A stretch of DNA of 64,000 bases from the human T2T-CHM13v2.0 reference genome, Homo sapiens: assembly GCA_009914755.4 (NCBI GenBank), contig CP068257.2, positions 20,320,001-20,384,000 on the forward strand. Reading direction: 5' to 3'. Below are positions 1 through 13,335 of the stretch, piece by piece. The notes below the pieces were generated by a model, which saw only the letters and a list, made by a program, of their open reading frames with translations, was not told where the DNA came from and did not search any database. How positions within the stretch are numbered: position 1 is the stretch's first letter; each line of letters begins with the position of its first letter. The position numbers were made by a program, and so were the translations under genes.

Positions 1-540
1 ACACTGACTGGTTTGTATGTTCCTCATGAAGTCAGGTGGTCAATGTTAGAACTGCCCTAATTCATCCTGTCTGATACTTCCAAAGACTCATTAGAATAGT
101 AGATTTGAAAGGGCTCTTCTAACTTGCCTGCTCTAACTTTTCTCTTTTATGTAATGCTCAGAAAGTTAGTACTTGACAGACAAAATGTCAGCAGCAGAGT
201 TTTATGAAAATCTCTGACCCCCATTAAAACTATTTTTTATTATACACCCCATTTCTTCAGTTGAAGCATATTTAGACTAGACACTCATGCTATGATTTAT
301 TTCTTCTCGCTCAGACTTGCTGTTAATCAATGGCTAAAAATGTAATTCCCAGAAATGTGCCACCCCCAAATTCCTTCCTACGCACAGGTGCCAGAGTCAT
401 CCATCCAAAATGTGCAACTGATCATGTTACTTCTCTGATTAAAAGTCCTTTAAAATCTCCTATTGCTTACAGCTGCGTGGTGCTTTTTCTTTTAGTTTTA
501 ACACAGAGGAAAGTGACAGAGTGCTATGTAATCTCTGAAA

Positions 541-628
541 ATAAACTATCTCTCTCTTTCTCCCTTCTTCCCTCTCCTTTTCTCTTTCCCTCTTTTCTCC
601 CCCTTCCTTTCTTTCTCAGATCTCAGCC
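541..628. repeat. Polypyrimidine (CT-rich) low-complexity tract
   Basis: About 90 bp of almost pure C/T (tctctctctttctcccttcttccctctccttttctctttccc...) seen directly; it accounts for ORF 330..674. Confidence 0.9.
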
Positions 629-3412
629 AGATTTCACTTTCCAGCCTCTCTTGCAATTAGAGATGGCCAACTGACTGGATTTTAACCATAGAAAGCCAAA
701 TAATTCAAGGGTGTCACTTCCAGTCCATACTTGTTAAGGAAGCAGATATGTCATTTTACCCACTCTCTCTACTTTTGTTAGCTTGAAATGATCACCTAGA
801 AGACTCTGGAAACAGTGTTGAAGGCTGTAGTTCTTGAGTGACTCAGTAGAGTAGAGTGCTTTCCCACCCCTGACTCCTGCAGGCACTAATCAGAAACACC
901 ATTTTTGATATATATGTGAATGAAAAATAAACGTATTATTTGAACACATGGATATTTCAATGTTTACATTTTATAGCCACTGGTGCTACTTTAACTTACA
1001 CTGTGCCCTAATTTTTGACTCCATGATGTTCTATGCACATTACACATTTTGGATTCAAATTACCTGTTTATAAATCTGTTTCAGCCATAAGACTGTGAGA
1101 TCTTGATTAAAGGGATGATGTCTAGATTTGTCTGTAAGTATCCACTGATCAATACAGCATAATTGTGGCACAATATCTAAGGTTGAACCTACATGCTAAC
1201 ATGTTTTGCCTGCTTGTTTCAAATGGATCAGTGAAAACAATCAGACTGCACAGTTTAAAAATGTTTTGACTTGTGAAATGGAAATTACTTATACATCTAT
1301 GAAGAAGATAACGTCTAAAAATTCATATAAAGCTTTTGAAAATATTACTAGAATATAACTGCCTATTTGTGAAGCACCATTGCTTTAAAAGCTATTGGAA
1401 ATTATATGTTTTATTTTGTTGTCTTAAAGGAGGCTTAGGATGATTCGGAAGGTTATACTTATATTTTTAAGACGCAATTATGTTATCCACTTCTCTTGGT
1501 TTCTTTTGGTGGTTAACAGCATATCTATCGAGATGAATTAAACGACGTAGCAATTAGTATACTGTAAGATGTCATTTGCTAAATGGGTGAGCAATCGCGT
1601 GGACAAACATTTTACACTGAAATAATGATTTACTTACAGAAATCAATAGCTATGTCTTTTTTGGCTCTAAGTGGTTTATGGAACATAACCTCAACAAATT
1701 GTAGAAATAGAATCACCACAGTGCATTATGCCTTTCTTTAATAAAAGCAATACACAGCTGGTGAGACTAAGGTTTTGTTGAATGATATTTATATAGAAAT
1801 TTTCAGTATAATAAATTTGAGAATTAAGATGAAATAGAAATGAATCTTTTTATAATTTGTTGATATACTGATGTTTATTAATTGGACATTATCAAAAATC
1901 ATAACTAACAATAGTAAATATCCTTCATGTAACAGATTAAGTGAGACACTTATTGCTATTTAATAGAATCCAGGAACCAGAGGCCAGGTATTTTGATTTT
2001 CATCATAGTGACCCCAATACTAGTAGTTTTCAGTGGATATAACACCGCTGGTAGGGAATAGCTGGCACATGCATACAATTTTTCTAGTTGTCACAAGATT
2101 GGAGAATACTTCTGTCCTTTACTGTGCCAGGGATAAGAAAGATAGAAGGCCTGCCAGACAGGCTTGACTTTCATTCTACTCACGTTCAAATGGTGACTGG
2201 ACATTCAGATAAATGAAACACATGTTTATAATTATCTGTCTTAGAATATATTTAAAACAAATATCAACATAAACTATTTTTTGAAGTTTCAAGTTGTAAA
2301 GAATTTTCCTCAAATTAAAATTCACTTTTAACCGAGGGATGACTCAAAATTTTATCAAGAATATTTTACCATCCTGGAAACTCTTATCCTAAATAGCAAT
2401 ATGCTTCTCTTGGCATTGGAGCCACCTTTCTTATATAATTTCTTCTTTGTATTACAATTATAGCATTATGTTGATTTTTCAAATGTGTGTTAAGTTTCAT
2501 ATATAATTTTAATTCAGGATAGTAGAGGGAGCATGATTAATATTTAAATAAGGGTTTTCTATATTTATGGTAAAATCTATACTCTGAAAATACTATATAA
2601 TGACGTGCTACTAAGCACCTCTTCCCAACTCCACATTTAGTGACATCCCATCATAACTTGAAATTGGATATGGTGGGTGTATTTACACTATGGGATTTGC
2701 AGATGTACAAATCATTGCTCAACCTCTCCCATCTTTCAGTAATCACCAGTACACCACTCTCAGAAACATAGTCCTGTCCATTATAGATAACCAGGATCTA
2801 TAAACCCCGTATATTGTGCTAGTCATTAACTAGCAGTAAATAAAGTTACCTGTAAGTTAAAAGAGGTAATGAGCATAATATCATACAAAACACTCTTATT
2901 ATTAACTATACAAAATGGATTTCTTTTTTATGTTTTCCCCATTCAGACAGATATAGAAGTCCAAAGGTTTCACTTACTTATTGGGTGTATTTTGCAACAA
3001 ATTTTTCCAGGAATCATTAAGACACAACATTGCATAATATTAAACTTCCGTAGAAGAATTACAGATCTTTTCCACCCATATGCTATTGCAAGCAAGTGAT
3101 AATGACATGCATTTTGAAATCATCAAGCTGAAATGATCCTGACCATGCTGTACGGTTTATAATTTTAGATATCTAGGTAATCAATCTTTCATGTGCTAGA
3201 CTAGATCCACGTTTTTTATGAGAAAAAATAAAAGGCTTGTTCTGTCTGAAGGCACTTCTTCATCCAAACCCATACAGCTTTGGGGTTAGTGCTCCTTGGA
3301 CTCAATTCTGAGTGAGATGTTTCCCATCACTCATACATTATGGTCTCACTCAACAGCTAAGAGTACCTTAGCTCCAGGTTATCATTAGAGAATACTATTA
3401 AAAACTGTCTTC

Positions 3413-3767
<355 letters not shown>

Positions 3768-3875
3768 TTAACAGATAAATTTTTGAAGTAGTATACCCTT
3801 TTATCTAAAGAGAACTGGTTTTTCACACCAAAAAACAATTTCCTAAAATAATATGATACAAAACAGTATTACAGT

Positions 3876-4187
3876 TGATACGGTTTAGCTATGTCCCCAC
3901 CCAAGTCTCATATTGAATTGTTGCTTCCATAATCCTCATGTGTAGGGTGAGGGACCCAGTAGGAGGTAATGGAGTCATGGGGCAGGTATTTCCCATGCTG
4001 TTCTTGAAATAGTGGTTTTATAAATGGGAGTTTCCCTGCCCACACGCTCTTGCCTGCCGCCATGCAAAACATGCCTTTGCTCCTCATTTGCCTTCCACCA
4101 AGATTGTGAGTCAATTAAATCTCTTTCCTTTATAAATTACCCAGTCTTAGGTATGTCTTTATTAGCAGTGTGAGCACAGACTAATAA
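3876..4187 (+). mobile_element. ERVL-MaLR solo LTR (THE1/MST-type), slightly deleted
   Basis: Begins tgatacggtttagctatgtccccacccaagtctcat and ends ccttttataaattacccagtcttaggtatgtctttattagcagtgtgagcacagactaataaa, matching THE1/MST termini (TGATATGGTTTGGCTGTGTCCCC...GACTAATACA). Flanks acagt/atagt are a 4/5 TSD. Confidence 0.8.
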
Positions 4188-4940
4188 AATAGTATATTTT
4201 TAAGTCCTCAAAAATCATATTAAAAATAATGTAAAATATATTCCTGATTTGCACACCAACAGTTTTTATGATATTACTCAATATGCTCCTCATTGTAAAC
4301 ATATGAGATATAATGCGGTAATATTATTTGAGATCTTTGTAATGGGTTCATTACTTGCTTTCCTTAAGGTATCTGCACTCCTTTCTTTTTACTGACTATA
4401 AAATGATTGTTTCCATTTCTCTTTGGCTTTTAGAAAGCTAAGATTCAAACTGAAGGTTAACTGAATCAATTATGTAATCTTTATTCTCATAATTATGTCT
4501 TTACCTAATCCTTAACTTCATATACATACATATATATATTTCTTTGCACTGACGTTTTCTTGCTATTCATAACCCTTTTTCCTCCTTTTTTTTCAGTTAC
4601 TGCTCTTGATTTTAGTGTACTAAAAATCACGTGCAACATGACAGCCTACAAATAGGTAAAGTATAGATACAATTATATAAAGCTTTATTTTCATACTCCT
4701 ACATTTTACACCACAATGAAGTAAAACAAAACAAAAAAAATTAAGGAAAATAAAAATTCAGTGATCATTTTAGTACTTATTTTATTTCACCATTGTTAGA
4801 TCTCACTATATCTTGCTGGTTCAGAATATCATAGAGATGGATAAAGAGTGGTAGCATAATTAACAACAGTCTTTATTTTCACCTTGCCAAATGGCTTTGA
4901 ATGAAAAAAAAATGAGTAGATGTACACAAAATAACTACTA

Positions 4941-4970
4941 ACATATATATACATATATATATATATATAT
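4941..4970. repeat. (TA)n / (ATAC) microsatellite
   Basis: acatatatatacatatatatatatatatat. Confidence 0.9.
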
Positions 4971-7082
4971 GATTTCATGATTAGAAAATATGGCTCTCTG
5001 AAGTACATTTCATAGGTTAAAAAAGCATGCAAAAATGCTTTTCATTCTCAACTTGCAATATCTAAACAATAAACTTACATGGGGAAAATGTGTTGCCCTT
5101 GACAATTATGCAGGTACATTCTGAATTCATGCTACAAACTTCAAGAAGCGGCTGGTCTTTTCTATTTTTTTTTTTCTATCATCTAAGATATCCTTTGAGA
5201 ATATTCACTTAGGTGTTTTCCAGCCAGACAGTTAATGTCATTGCTGTTATTCCTTTGTTTAGCAGAAGCAAGACTTTATTTATGGCCCTAACTATTGCTA
5301 CTCTAGAGTAGAGCAGTTGTGCTGTGATATATTAGGGCAGTTTGTCATTTCTATATAAAAATATTCCTTTTATATGATAACACTTTGATCAAAATACTGG
5401 GCTTCAGCCACAGTAGGAAAATAAGAAGCAGCAATTAAAGTTGCTCAGGTGAAGAAAGAATCCAGTGTATGCTATATTAATAGTTCATCAGTGTAACACA
5501 ATGTAGTGTAACAAATGCATCTGATAATGTAATTTCTTTTCAAAAGACAGTTTAAAAAGATTGATTCACCAACATTCATCTTACAGTCAAGACTGAAGAA
5601 TTTGATTTGTTGTTGCCTGTTCTCTTTATTCTGATAGTTTGTTGTATCTCTCTTTATAAAAATGTCACATTAATACTATTTCTACCTTAGATAGCTCATC
5701 ATCTCAATTCTATTATTTTCATATGACTAGGGTTATAGAACAGCTGCCACTTGGCTGAGTGTTGTCAGGCTCAGAAAGTGATATTTTCTTTTGGAGGAAC
5801 ACTATTTGTAAATCCACTCAACACTCCCGAAAATCTTTATTTGGTGTTAGTAAATTGTTGCCCTGATGGTGCCATGTTTACAAAGGAAGTTTCTAATTGA
5901 TGTGACGTTTTCTTCAACAAAGATTTAATAACTTTTGCTATATTGGTAAATTGCTTGATTTATTTTACCACTTACATAGTAAAAGCTTTGATTTAGAAAA
6001 TGCCTGTGTGTTATATTGTGGTACAAAGGATAGGGAACCTATTGAGGCTCTCCAGATCTAAAAAATACACAATGTTTAATTTTAAACAAGCTTCCATTAT
6101 TTTCTTGTAACCACAATTTCACTTTGGCAGTTTGATGAGGCCATTGGAAGTCATAATTTATTTATTTCAAAGAATAAAAACTGTTTTAGCCAGAAAATAC
6201 ATTTTTTTCAGTAACAGCTTTAAAATACATTCATTAAAACAACTAATATTAAATTGTGTTGGCATATCATCATGAACAAGGACAAAATAATTAAATATTA
6301 GAAATTTTGCTGAAAAATAAAATGCTATTAATTTCATTCAATCATTACGCATATATTAACCACCTTCTACAAGTCAGATACTATTCTGAGCATTGAGAAA
6401 ACACTCGATATTCAAAATAATATTGGTGTTTCTATAGCTAGCTTGTATTTTGTTGTGTGAGACAAATTAAAAAAGGAAATTGTATATAATGTTTCAGGTG
6501 GTGAAAAGTGTTCTTAATTAAAATAAATGAGATAAGGACCTAAAGAGTGACAATTTTGATGGGTCAGAAAGAAGAAGTTCTAGTTTAAACAATGTAGTAA
6601 GAGAGGATCCTTCTGAAAGAGAAATTTGAGCAGAAAATTGAAGGAGGTTGAGAAATAAAGCACAAATACCAGAGAGCAAAATCTTTCTTGTAAAGACAAT
6701 AGCAAGTGCAAAAACAAAGCAGGAGTGAACTTAGAGGGGCATCAAGATGGTTGAAGCATGGTGGGAAAGTGAGGAGGCTTTAGGACACAGGTTCAACTCC
6801 AAGTGAAATGTGAAGTTGTTGAGGGTACAGTTCTAATTTTTTTTTGAAAATGGCACTAATGTATAAACTATTTCAGACAAAATATATTTCAAGGTGTAAG
6901 CTATATGTCTCAGCTCATTAAATTGCTAATATGACATTTAAAAAGTCATCAAAACACATTAAATTGCCTTGACAAATGGTACTTAGAAGCTTTTTTAATG
7001 TGACATCTGAGTTGAACATAAAGGTCACATCGAACACACTAAAATGCATAAAAACAATGGGCAGTGTTTCTAAAACATCATT

Positions 7083-7340
7083 ATGTTCACACTCATATGT
7101 GGGAGCTAAGCTATGAGGATGCAAAGGCATAAGAATGATACACTGGAATTTGGAGACTCAGGGAAAAGGGTGTGGGGTGGTGAGGAATAAAAGGCTACAC
7201 ATTGGGTATAACATGCTGCTTGGGTGTTGGTTAAACCAAAATTTCCAAAATCACCACTAAAGACCTTATTCATGTAACCAAACACCACCCGTTCCCCAAA
7301 ATCCTACTGAAATGAAAAATTAATTAATTAATTAATTAAA
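7083..7340 (+). mobile_element. LINE-1 3'-end fragment (L1PB-like 3' UTR) with (TTAA)n/A-rich tail
   Basis: cacactcatatgtgggagctaagctatgaggatgcaaaggcataagaatgatacactgg...aatcaccactaaagaccttattcatgtaaccaaacaccacc is followed by aaaaattaattaattaattaattaaaa, matching the L1 3' UTR terminus. Confidence 0.75.
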
Positions 7341-7344
7341 ATTT

Positions 7345-8760
7345 CAGCTTTTATTTTAGATACATGGAGTACGTGTTTGTTATTTACCCCCACTTTTTAA
7401 TCGATATATCAAAGTTGTACATATTTATGGGGTGCATGTGATATTTTCATGCATATATAGAATGTTTAATGATCAAATTAGGGTAAATGGGATATCTTTC
7501 ACCTGAAAAATTTATCTTTTCTTTATTTTGGGACCATTACAATTCTTGTCTTCAGCTTTCTTGAAATATACTATATATCATTAGTAAATATAATTTTCTT
7601 ACTGTACTATCAATATTAGAACTTATTGCTTGTATTTAACTGTATTTTTGTACCCATTAACCAACTTCTCTTAATTTCACCCTATCCTCTTCCCCTTCAA
7701 CCCTCTCTGGTGATCGCCATTCCACTCTGCTTCCATGAGGTCCATTTTATTAGCTCCCAAATAGGAGTGAGGACATGCAGTATTGCTGTGCTTATTTAAC
7801 CTAACATAATGACCTTCAGTTTTATCCACAGTGCTGCAATTGACAGGATTTTATTCTTTTTACAGCTGAATAGTATTCTATTTTGTATATTTACTACATT
7901 TTCTTTACACATTTATTTGCTATTGGACACCTCAGTTGATACCAAACCTTGGCTATTGTGAATACAGTTGCATATATCTTTTCTAAAAGCTGTTTTCCTT
8001 TATTCTGGATACATACCCCAAAGTGAGATTGTTTAATCATTGGTAGTTGTATTTTTAGTATTTTTGAGATTCTCCATACTACTGCTTTCCAATGTGGCTA
8101 TGCCAATTTACATTCCCACCAACACGGTACAAGGGTACCTCTTTCTTCACATACATCCTTTCTAGCATTTTTTTTGTCTTTTTGATAATAGTTACCCTAA
8201 CCTGATGAGATAATATTTCATTATGGATTGGATTTCCATTTCCCTGATGGTTAGTGATGTTGATAATTTTTCTTTCACATGATGTTGGTTATTTCCATGT
8301 CTTCTTTTAAGAAGAGTCTTTTCAGATCCTTTACTCATTTTAAAAATTTGATTATTTGGGTTTACTCTTTTTTGGCTATTGAATTGCTTGAGTTTCTTGT
8401 ATATTCTGGTTGTTAATCCCTTGTCAGATGCATAGTATACAAATATTTTCTATTATTCTGTAAATTTTCTCTGCACTGTGTTGTTTCCTTTGCTGTGTAG
8501 AAGCTTTTTAGCATGATGTAATACCATGTGTCTATTTTTTGCTTTTGTTGCCTGTGCTTTTGAGTTCTTGCCCAAGCATCTTTGCTCAGATTGATGTCTT
8601 GCAGCATTTTCCAGTGTTTTCTTCTATTATTTTCATAGTTGCAGGTCTTACATTTAAGTCTTCAATCCATTTTGAGGTGATTTTTGCATATGGTGAAATA
8701 CGGGGATCTAGTTTCTTTCTTCTGTATATGAGTAAAAGATTTCCCAGGATCATTATTTCT
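7345..8760 (-). mobile_element. LINE-1 3' portion (3' UTR plus ORF2 C-terminal region), antisense on this strand
   Basis: The antisense L1 3' UTR motifs are present (ttgtacatatttatggggtgcatgtgatattttcatgcatatatagaatgtttaatgatcaaattagggtaaatgggatatc ... tttgtacccattaaccaac ... ctcccaaataggagtgaggacatgc ... attcccaccaacacggtacaagg ... ctcattttaaaaatttgattatttgggtttactctttttt). Confidence 0.8.
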
Positions 8761-9440
8761 ATTGTGAATAATGCCGCAATGAATGGTGCATGCATGTGTC
8801 TTCATGGCAGGTAGAACAACATATATTCCTTTGATTGCTGGGTCAATAGTAATTCTGTTTTAAGTTATTTGAGGAATTGCCACACTGCTTTACACGATAC
8901 CTGAACTAATTTACATTCCCTTCAGCAGTATGTAAGCATTCTCTTTTCTCCACAATCTCACCAGCATCTGTTATTTTTTGACTTTTTTGTAATAGCCATT
9001 CTGACTGGTGTGACATGGTATCTCATTGTGGTTTTAATTTGCATTTATCTAATGATTAGTGATGTCGACTATTTTTTTCATATGGTTGTTGGCCACGTGT
9101 ATGTCTTCTTTTGAAAAGTGTCTGGTCTTGTCCTTTGCCCATTTTTTTTTAATGGCATTGTTTTTCACTTGTAAATTTGCTTAAGTTCCTTATAAATTCT
9201 GGATAGTAGACATTTGTCATATGCATAATTTGAAAATATTTTCTCCTATTTTATAAGTTGCCTGTTTGTCATGTTGATAGTTTCTTTTGCTGTGTAAAAG
9301 CTGTTTAGTTTAATTAGGTCCTATTTGTCAATTTTTGTTTTGGTTGTCCTTGCTTTTTGTGTCTTTGTCATAAAATCTTTGGCTGTGCCTATGTCGTGAA
9401 CGGTATTGCCTCGGTTGTCTTCCAGGGTTTTTATAGTATA
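8760..9440 (-). mobile_element. Second LINE-1 3' fragment (ORF2 C-terminus/3' UTR antisense) abutting the previous one
   Basis: It restarts inside L1 3' sequence already used upstream (tattgtgaataatgccgcaatgaatggtgcatgcatgtgtc...aatttacattcccttcagcagtatgtaagcattctc...tctcattgtggttttaatttgcatttatctaatgattagtgatgtcgac...gcctatgtcgtgaacggtattgcctcggttgtcttccagggtttttatag). That means a separate copy or an internal duplication. Confidence 0.65.
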
Positions 9441-10494
9441 GTATTATATAATACTATCAAATACTCTTGCTTTCTACTTTGGAAATTGTTGAATAAATGG
9501 GTTGAAATTAAAGAGGATTGTAATTTGAGTTTATTTTAATTTACTTTGAAAATATATTTAGAAATATCACGTCTATTATTTTTTAAATATATTCTATTAT
9601 TGTCAACACATTAGCAAATGCATTATTATTATAATCTATATTCCAGAGTAATGCAATAAATAAGGAATAAATTTTATAGTAAATAGGAAAAAGCAAAAGG
9701 AAAAATGTTTCTAAAGGTTTAATAAAAATAAATGCTAGAATTTAAGAAAAATAGCTATGTTTGGAAACTATTGATCCATGCTTTCAGAATTAATTTAGGT
9801 TGCTGATTTATTTTTTAGGTCAACAAACATTTTTTGACCATGTTTTATATATTAGACCCTGAAGATACAATACCACGCATGTGCACTACTTTCAAGAAGT
9901 TTGTAATACAAGGACAAAAATCTATGCATACCATATAGTGATTCATAGAATTGGAGGAATAAGTCAAAGCCTCTAATACTGAGCAGATGTTAAGAAGAGT
10001 AGGTTATTGCTGTATGAGGGCATTATTTTGAACTTCCAGTAATAAATTGGAGTGAAAATTATAGTTTGGCCTGCATATAATATAAGGAGGTGATTTAACT
10101 ATTAGGGAGTTTTATTTATAATTATCCTGATTACCCAGTGAGTTATAAAACATCAGGATTTTTTTCTAAATATATATTTAATCTATTAGATTACGTTGAC
10201 ACATGAATAGTACTTCTCTATGAGTTTAAAAATATGCAAAAAGTTAAACACAGATGTGGATAAGAGTAGAATAAAAGTGGATGATTGGTGGATTATGTCA
10301 TCCCTGAAAATTGAATACTAAGGATCTTTTGTAACTTTAAAAAATATTTTCCCTCTTTAAATAGAAGAATCTTCCATGTGAGCTCAATTCCATAATTTAT
10401 AAATGAGATAATTTGCAAAATTTCAGTACTTTTTAGTGGTAAATGTTTCACATTTGTTCTAAAACATTGTTTCACTTCCATATTAAGTGAGTTA

Positions 10495-10857
<363 letters not shown>

Positions 10858-12029
10858 TCAAGAGATTTTAATCTACTCTTGTTTCCTCATGACTGGGTTT
10901 TCACTGCTGTTTGAGACTGAGCCCACTCCTTCAACTATCCTCTTCATTAACTTTATCTTAGAAGTCTTTCTTTCCTGCTCCCCACTTGAGATTTGAGACA
11001 CACCTACGACATCCAATTTGCTGGGCTCCTTCTCAGCATTAATCCCTTCTGAATGTAGTTATATAATTCAGTTAGTTTTCTTTCATCATGTCTTTGCAAT
11101 CATACTGACAAAGAGTTACTAAAAGTAAAACTAATATTGCCCATTATCTGTCTTGACATCCAATTTCCTTAAAGATATTTCTTTAAGAAAACACCATATT
11201 CTTTTATTCCAAAGGAGGATTTGTATTTGTTTTTGAATATAGCAGTTTGTAAATATTACAAATTAAACTAAAATGTAGATTAACTATCCATTGTAAAAAA
11301 TATTTGAGCTTTATCAGAGCTGATAAAAAGAGGTTAAAATGTTGAAAAAGATCATAAATTCAATGGCATTTTGTTGTGTTTTAGAATAGAAAACTCACTT
11401 AAATTGTTAAAAGAAGACTTGCTAATTTATCTTTTCCCCATTAGGTTCAGTGCATTTTGGTAGATGAAGTTTAGAAAGAGGAAGGGAGCTCAGACTTAAT
11501 AGTTGGAGCCAACTAATATACTGCCATTCTAGTCTTTATGTTAAGATACTAGGGACAGAGTGTTCAATCTGTGTGTTATTATTAGTAGTATTGGCAATGA
11601 GAATATGTAAAGCAATAATTCTCAGCTGTGGGAAGGCAGGCACAGCAGCCTTCAGAGCTACCTCATATATGGTTCTCACATTCCCCTAAATTACCTTAAC
11701 CCATAAATCACTTTTATTCATCACTGTTTCCTGTGATTCACTGGGAAAAGCCTCGAAGAGCATCCTGTTACTGAGGTGAAGACAAAGCCTGGGCTGTCCC
11801 AGGCAGTTCCTCTCTAACTCAAGATGTCACATTTCTTAGGAGGCATAGGAATAAGACCTTGGTACTTTCAGGCAGTTCCACCCCCTCTCAGAATATTGCA
11901 CTCCCAGCACATTCTACAGTTATTCTTAGAAGTATAATCATAAAATCATAAATAATTGGATGGATTCAAGGCCACCTAAAGAATTGTCCTCCAGTAGAGA
12001 GTAGAATAATAGCTTCCAGAAACTGTTAG

Positions 12030-12700
12030 GGAAGAGGGTATGTAAGGAAAGGGGAGATACTAGTCAGAGGGTACAAAGTATTAGTTAGACTGACAAGAGG
12101 AAAAAGTTCTAGTGATCTACTGTACAGCATGGTAATTATATTTAATAATAATAATATAGTATATACTTTAAAATTACTAAAAAAGTAGGTTTTTTGGGAG
12201 GTGATCAGACCCAACACCAGGTCGTGGGGGTGACGAAGTCTGGCAGAGTCAAAGGAATGAGAAAAAGACAATTTGAGAGAGAAAGTGGGACCAGGGGGCC
12301 ATTGCGAGTGTGGAGGCTGCAAAGGCCCCGAGCTCTGGAAGCCCACGCTATTTATTGGTGATCAAACAAAGAACAGGTGGTGAGGATGTGGGGGTTGAAA
12401 GGAAATGGAGTATCAAGTGAATGAGAAACATATGGCTACTTGAGATAATGGGAGTGCTAGAAGCAAGGAACCAGTAAGTCTAGCCGACATGCAAGCCCTG
12501 CCTCAGCTTCTCTCCCAACACTCAACTTTTCTCCCAACAATTTTAAATGTTTTACCAACAAATAAATAATGATGATGAATATTGTAATTAACCAGATTTA
12601 AGCATTCCACAATATATACATGTGTTATAACATCACATTAAAATATTTACAATTATTATTTGTCAATTAAAAATAAAATTAAAAAAGAAAATATGGTAAT
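12030..12700 (+). mobile_element. Old LINE-1 3'-UTR fragment (L1M/L1PB-like), split by a ~345-bp foreign insertion at 12196-12539
   Basis: Left part: gggtacaaagtattagttagactgacaagaggaaaaagttctagtgatctactgtacagcatggtaattatatttaataataataat...aaaattactaaaaaagtaggtttt. Right part: attttaaatgttttaccaacaaataaataatgatgatgaatattgtaattaaccagatttaagcattccacaatatatacatgtgttataacatcacattaaaatatttacaattattatttgtcaattaaaaataaa. Together these are the canonical older-L1 3' terminus. Confidence 0.75.
12196..12539. other. Unclassified GC-rich ~345-bp insertion inside the L1 3' UTR (possible solo LTR or non-autonomous element)
   Basis: An abrupt composition switch (gacccaacaccaggtcgtgggggtgacgaagtctggcagag...ggccattgcgagtgtggaggctgcaaaggccccgagctctggaagcccacgc...) interrupts otherwise contiguous L1 consensus. 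Termini ttgggag... and ...ctcccaaca are inverted 7-mers (TTGGGAG). The internal motif tctcccaaca is duplicated. Confidence 0.4.
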
Positions 12701-13052
12701 ATGGTAGAAATGAAATAATAAACCAGACTGACATGATATCTCTCTTTAAGTAACTAATTATTTTCTGTAGAAATATATATACAAAGACTTAATTACATTT
12801 GTGATAAACACAATGAGATTATACAGTACAATAGGGAGGGATTATATTCTTGGGAGTTAGAGAGACTTCTCCAAGAAGGTGATTTATTAGTTGAGATAAG
12901 AAAAACAAGTAGGTATTAGACATAAAGAACAGGAGGTGAGAAAAATTAAGTTAAAAAAAGGAAAGCTGGTTGTTTCGTGGATGAAAGGATGAAAGGAGTT
13001 TAGTATATTTTTAAAACTGAGAGAAAATGGGATAGCTTTATTGTAAAGATCT

Positions 13053-13150
13053 TGAAGACAGGGGTTCACTACAGCTTGAAGAGGTGATCAGAGGAAAATT
13101 CATACAACAGTGGTTCACTACAGCTTTAAGAGGTGATCAGAGGCAAATTC
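13053..13150. repeat. Local tandem duplication (~47-bp unit, two copies)
   Basis: ggttcactacagcttgaagaggtgatcagaggaaaattcatacaaca is followed by ggttcactacagctttaagaggtgatcagaggcaaattcctacaaga. Confidence 0.85.
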
Positions 13151-13189
13151 CTACAAGACTTTATTCTCAAATCAATTGAATGTCATTAT

Positions 13190-13335
13190 TCTTTTGGGTA
13201 TATACCCAATAATGGGATTGCTGTACCTGGGCAATGAAATATGTACACCAAACTAACATGGCATACAATTACCTATGGAATCAACCTGAACGTGTACCCC
13301 GAAACTAAAATAAAAATTTTTATAAAAGTTGAGTG
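13190..13335 (+). mobile_element. Short LINE-1 3'-terminal fragment
   Basis: acatggcatacaattacctatggaatcaacctgaacgtgtaccccgaaactaaaataaaaat resembles the L1 3' terminus ...acatggcacatgtatacatatgtaacaaacctgcacgttgtgcacatgtaccctaaaacttaaagtataataaaaa, and is preceded by gggtatatacccaataatgggattgctg. Confidence 0.55.

Noticed and set aside
330-674. 114-aa ORF
   Set aside because: It is driven by a CT-rich low-complexity tract (…LFLLVLT…SLSFSLLPSPFLFPSFLPLPFFL…) with no start context or codon structure. It is not a gene.
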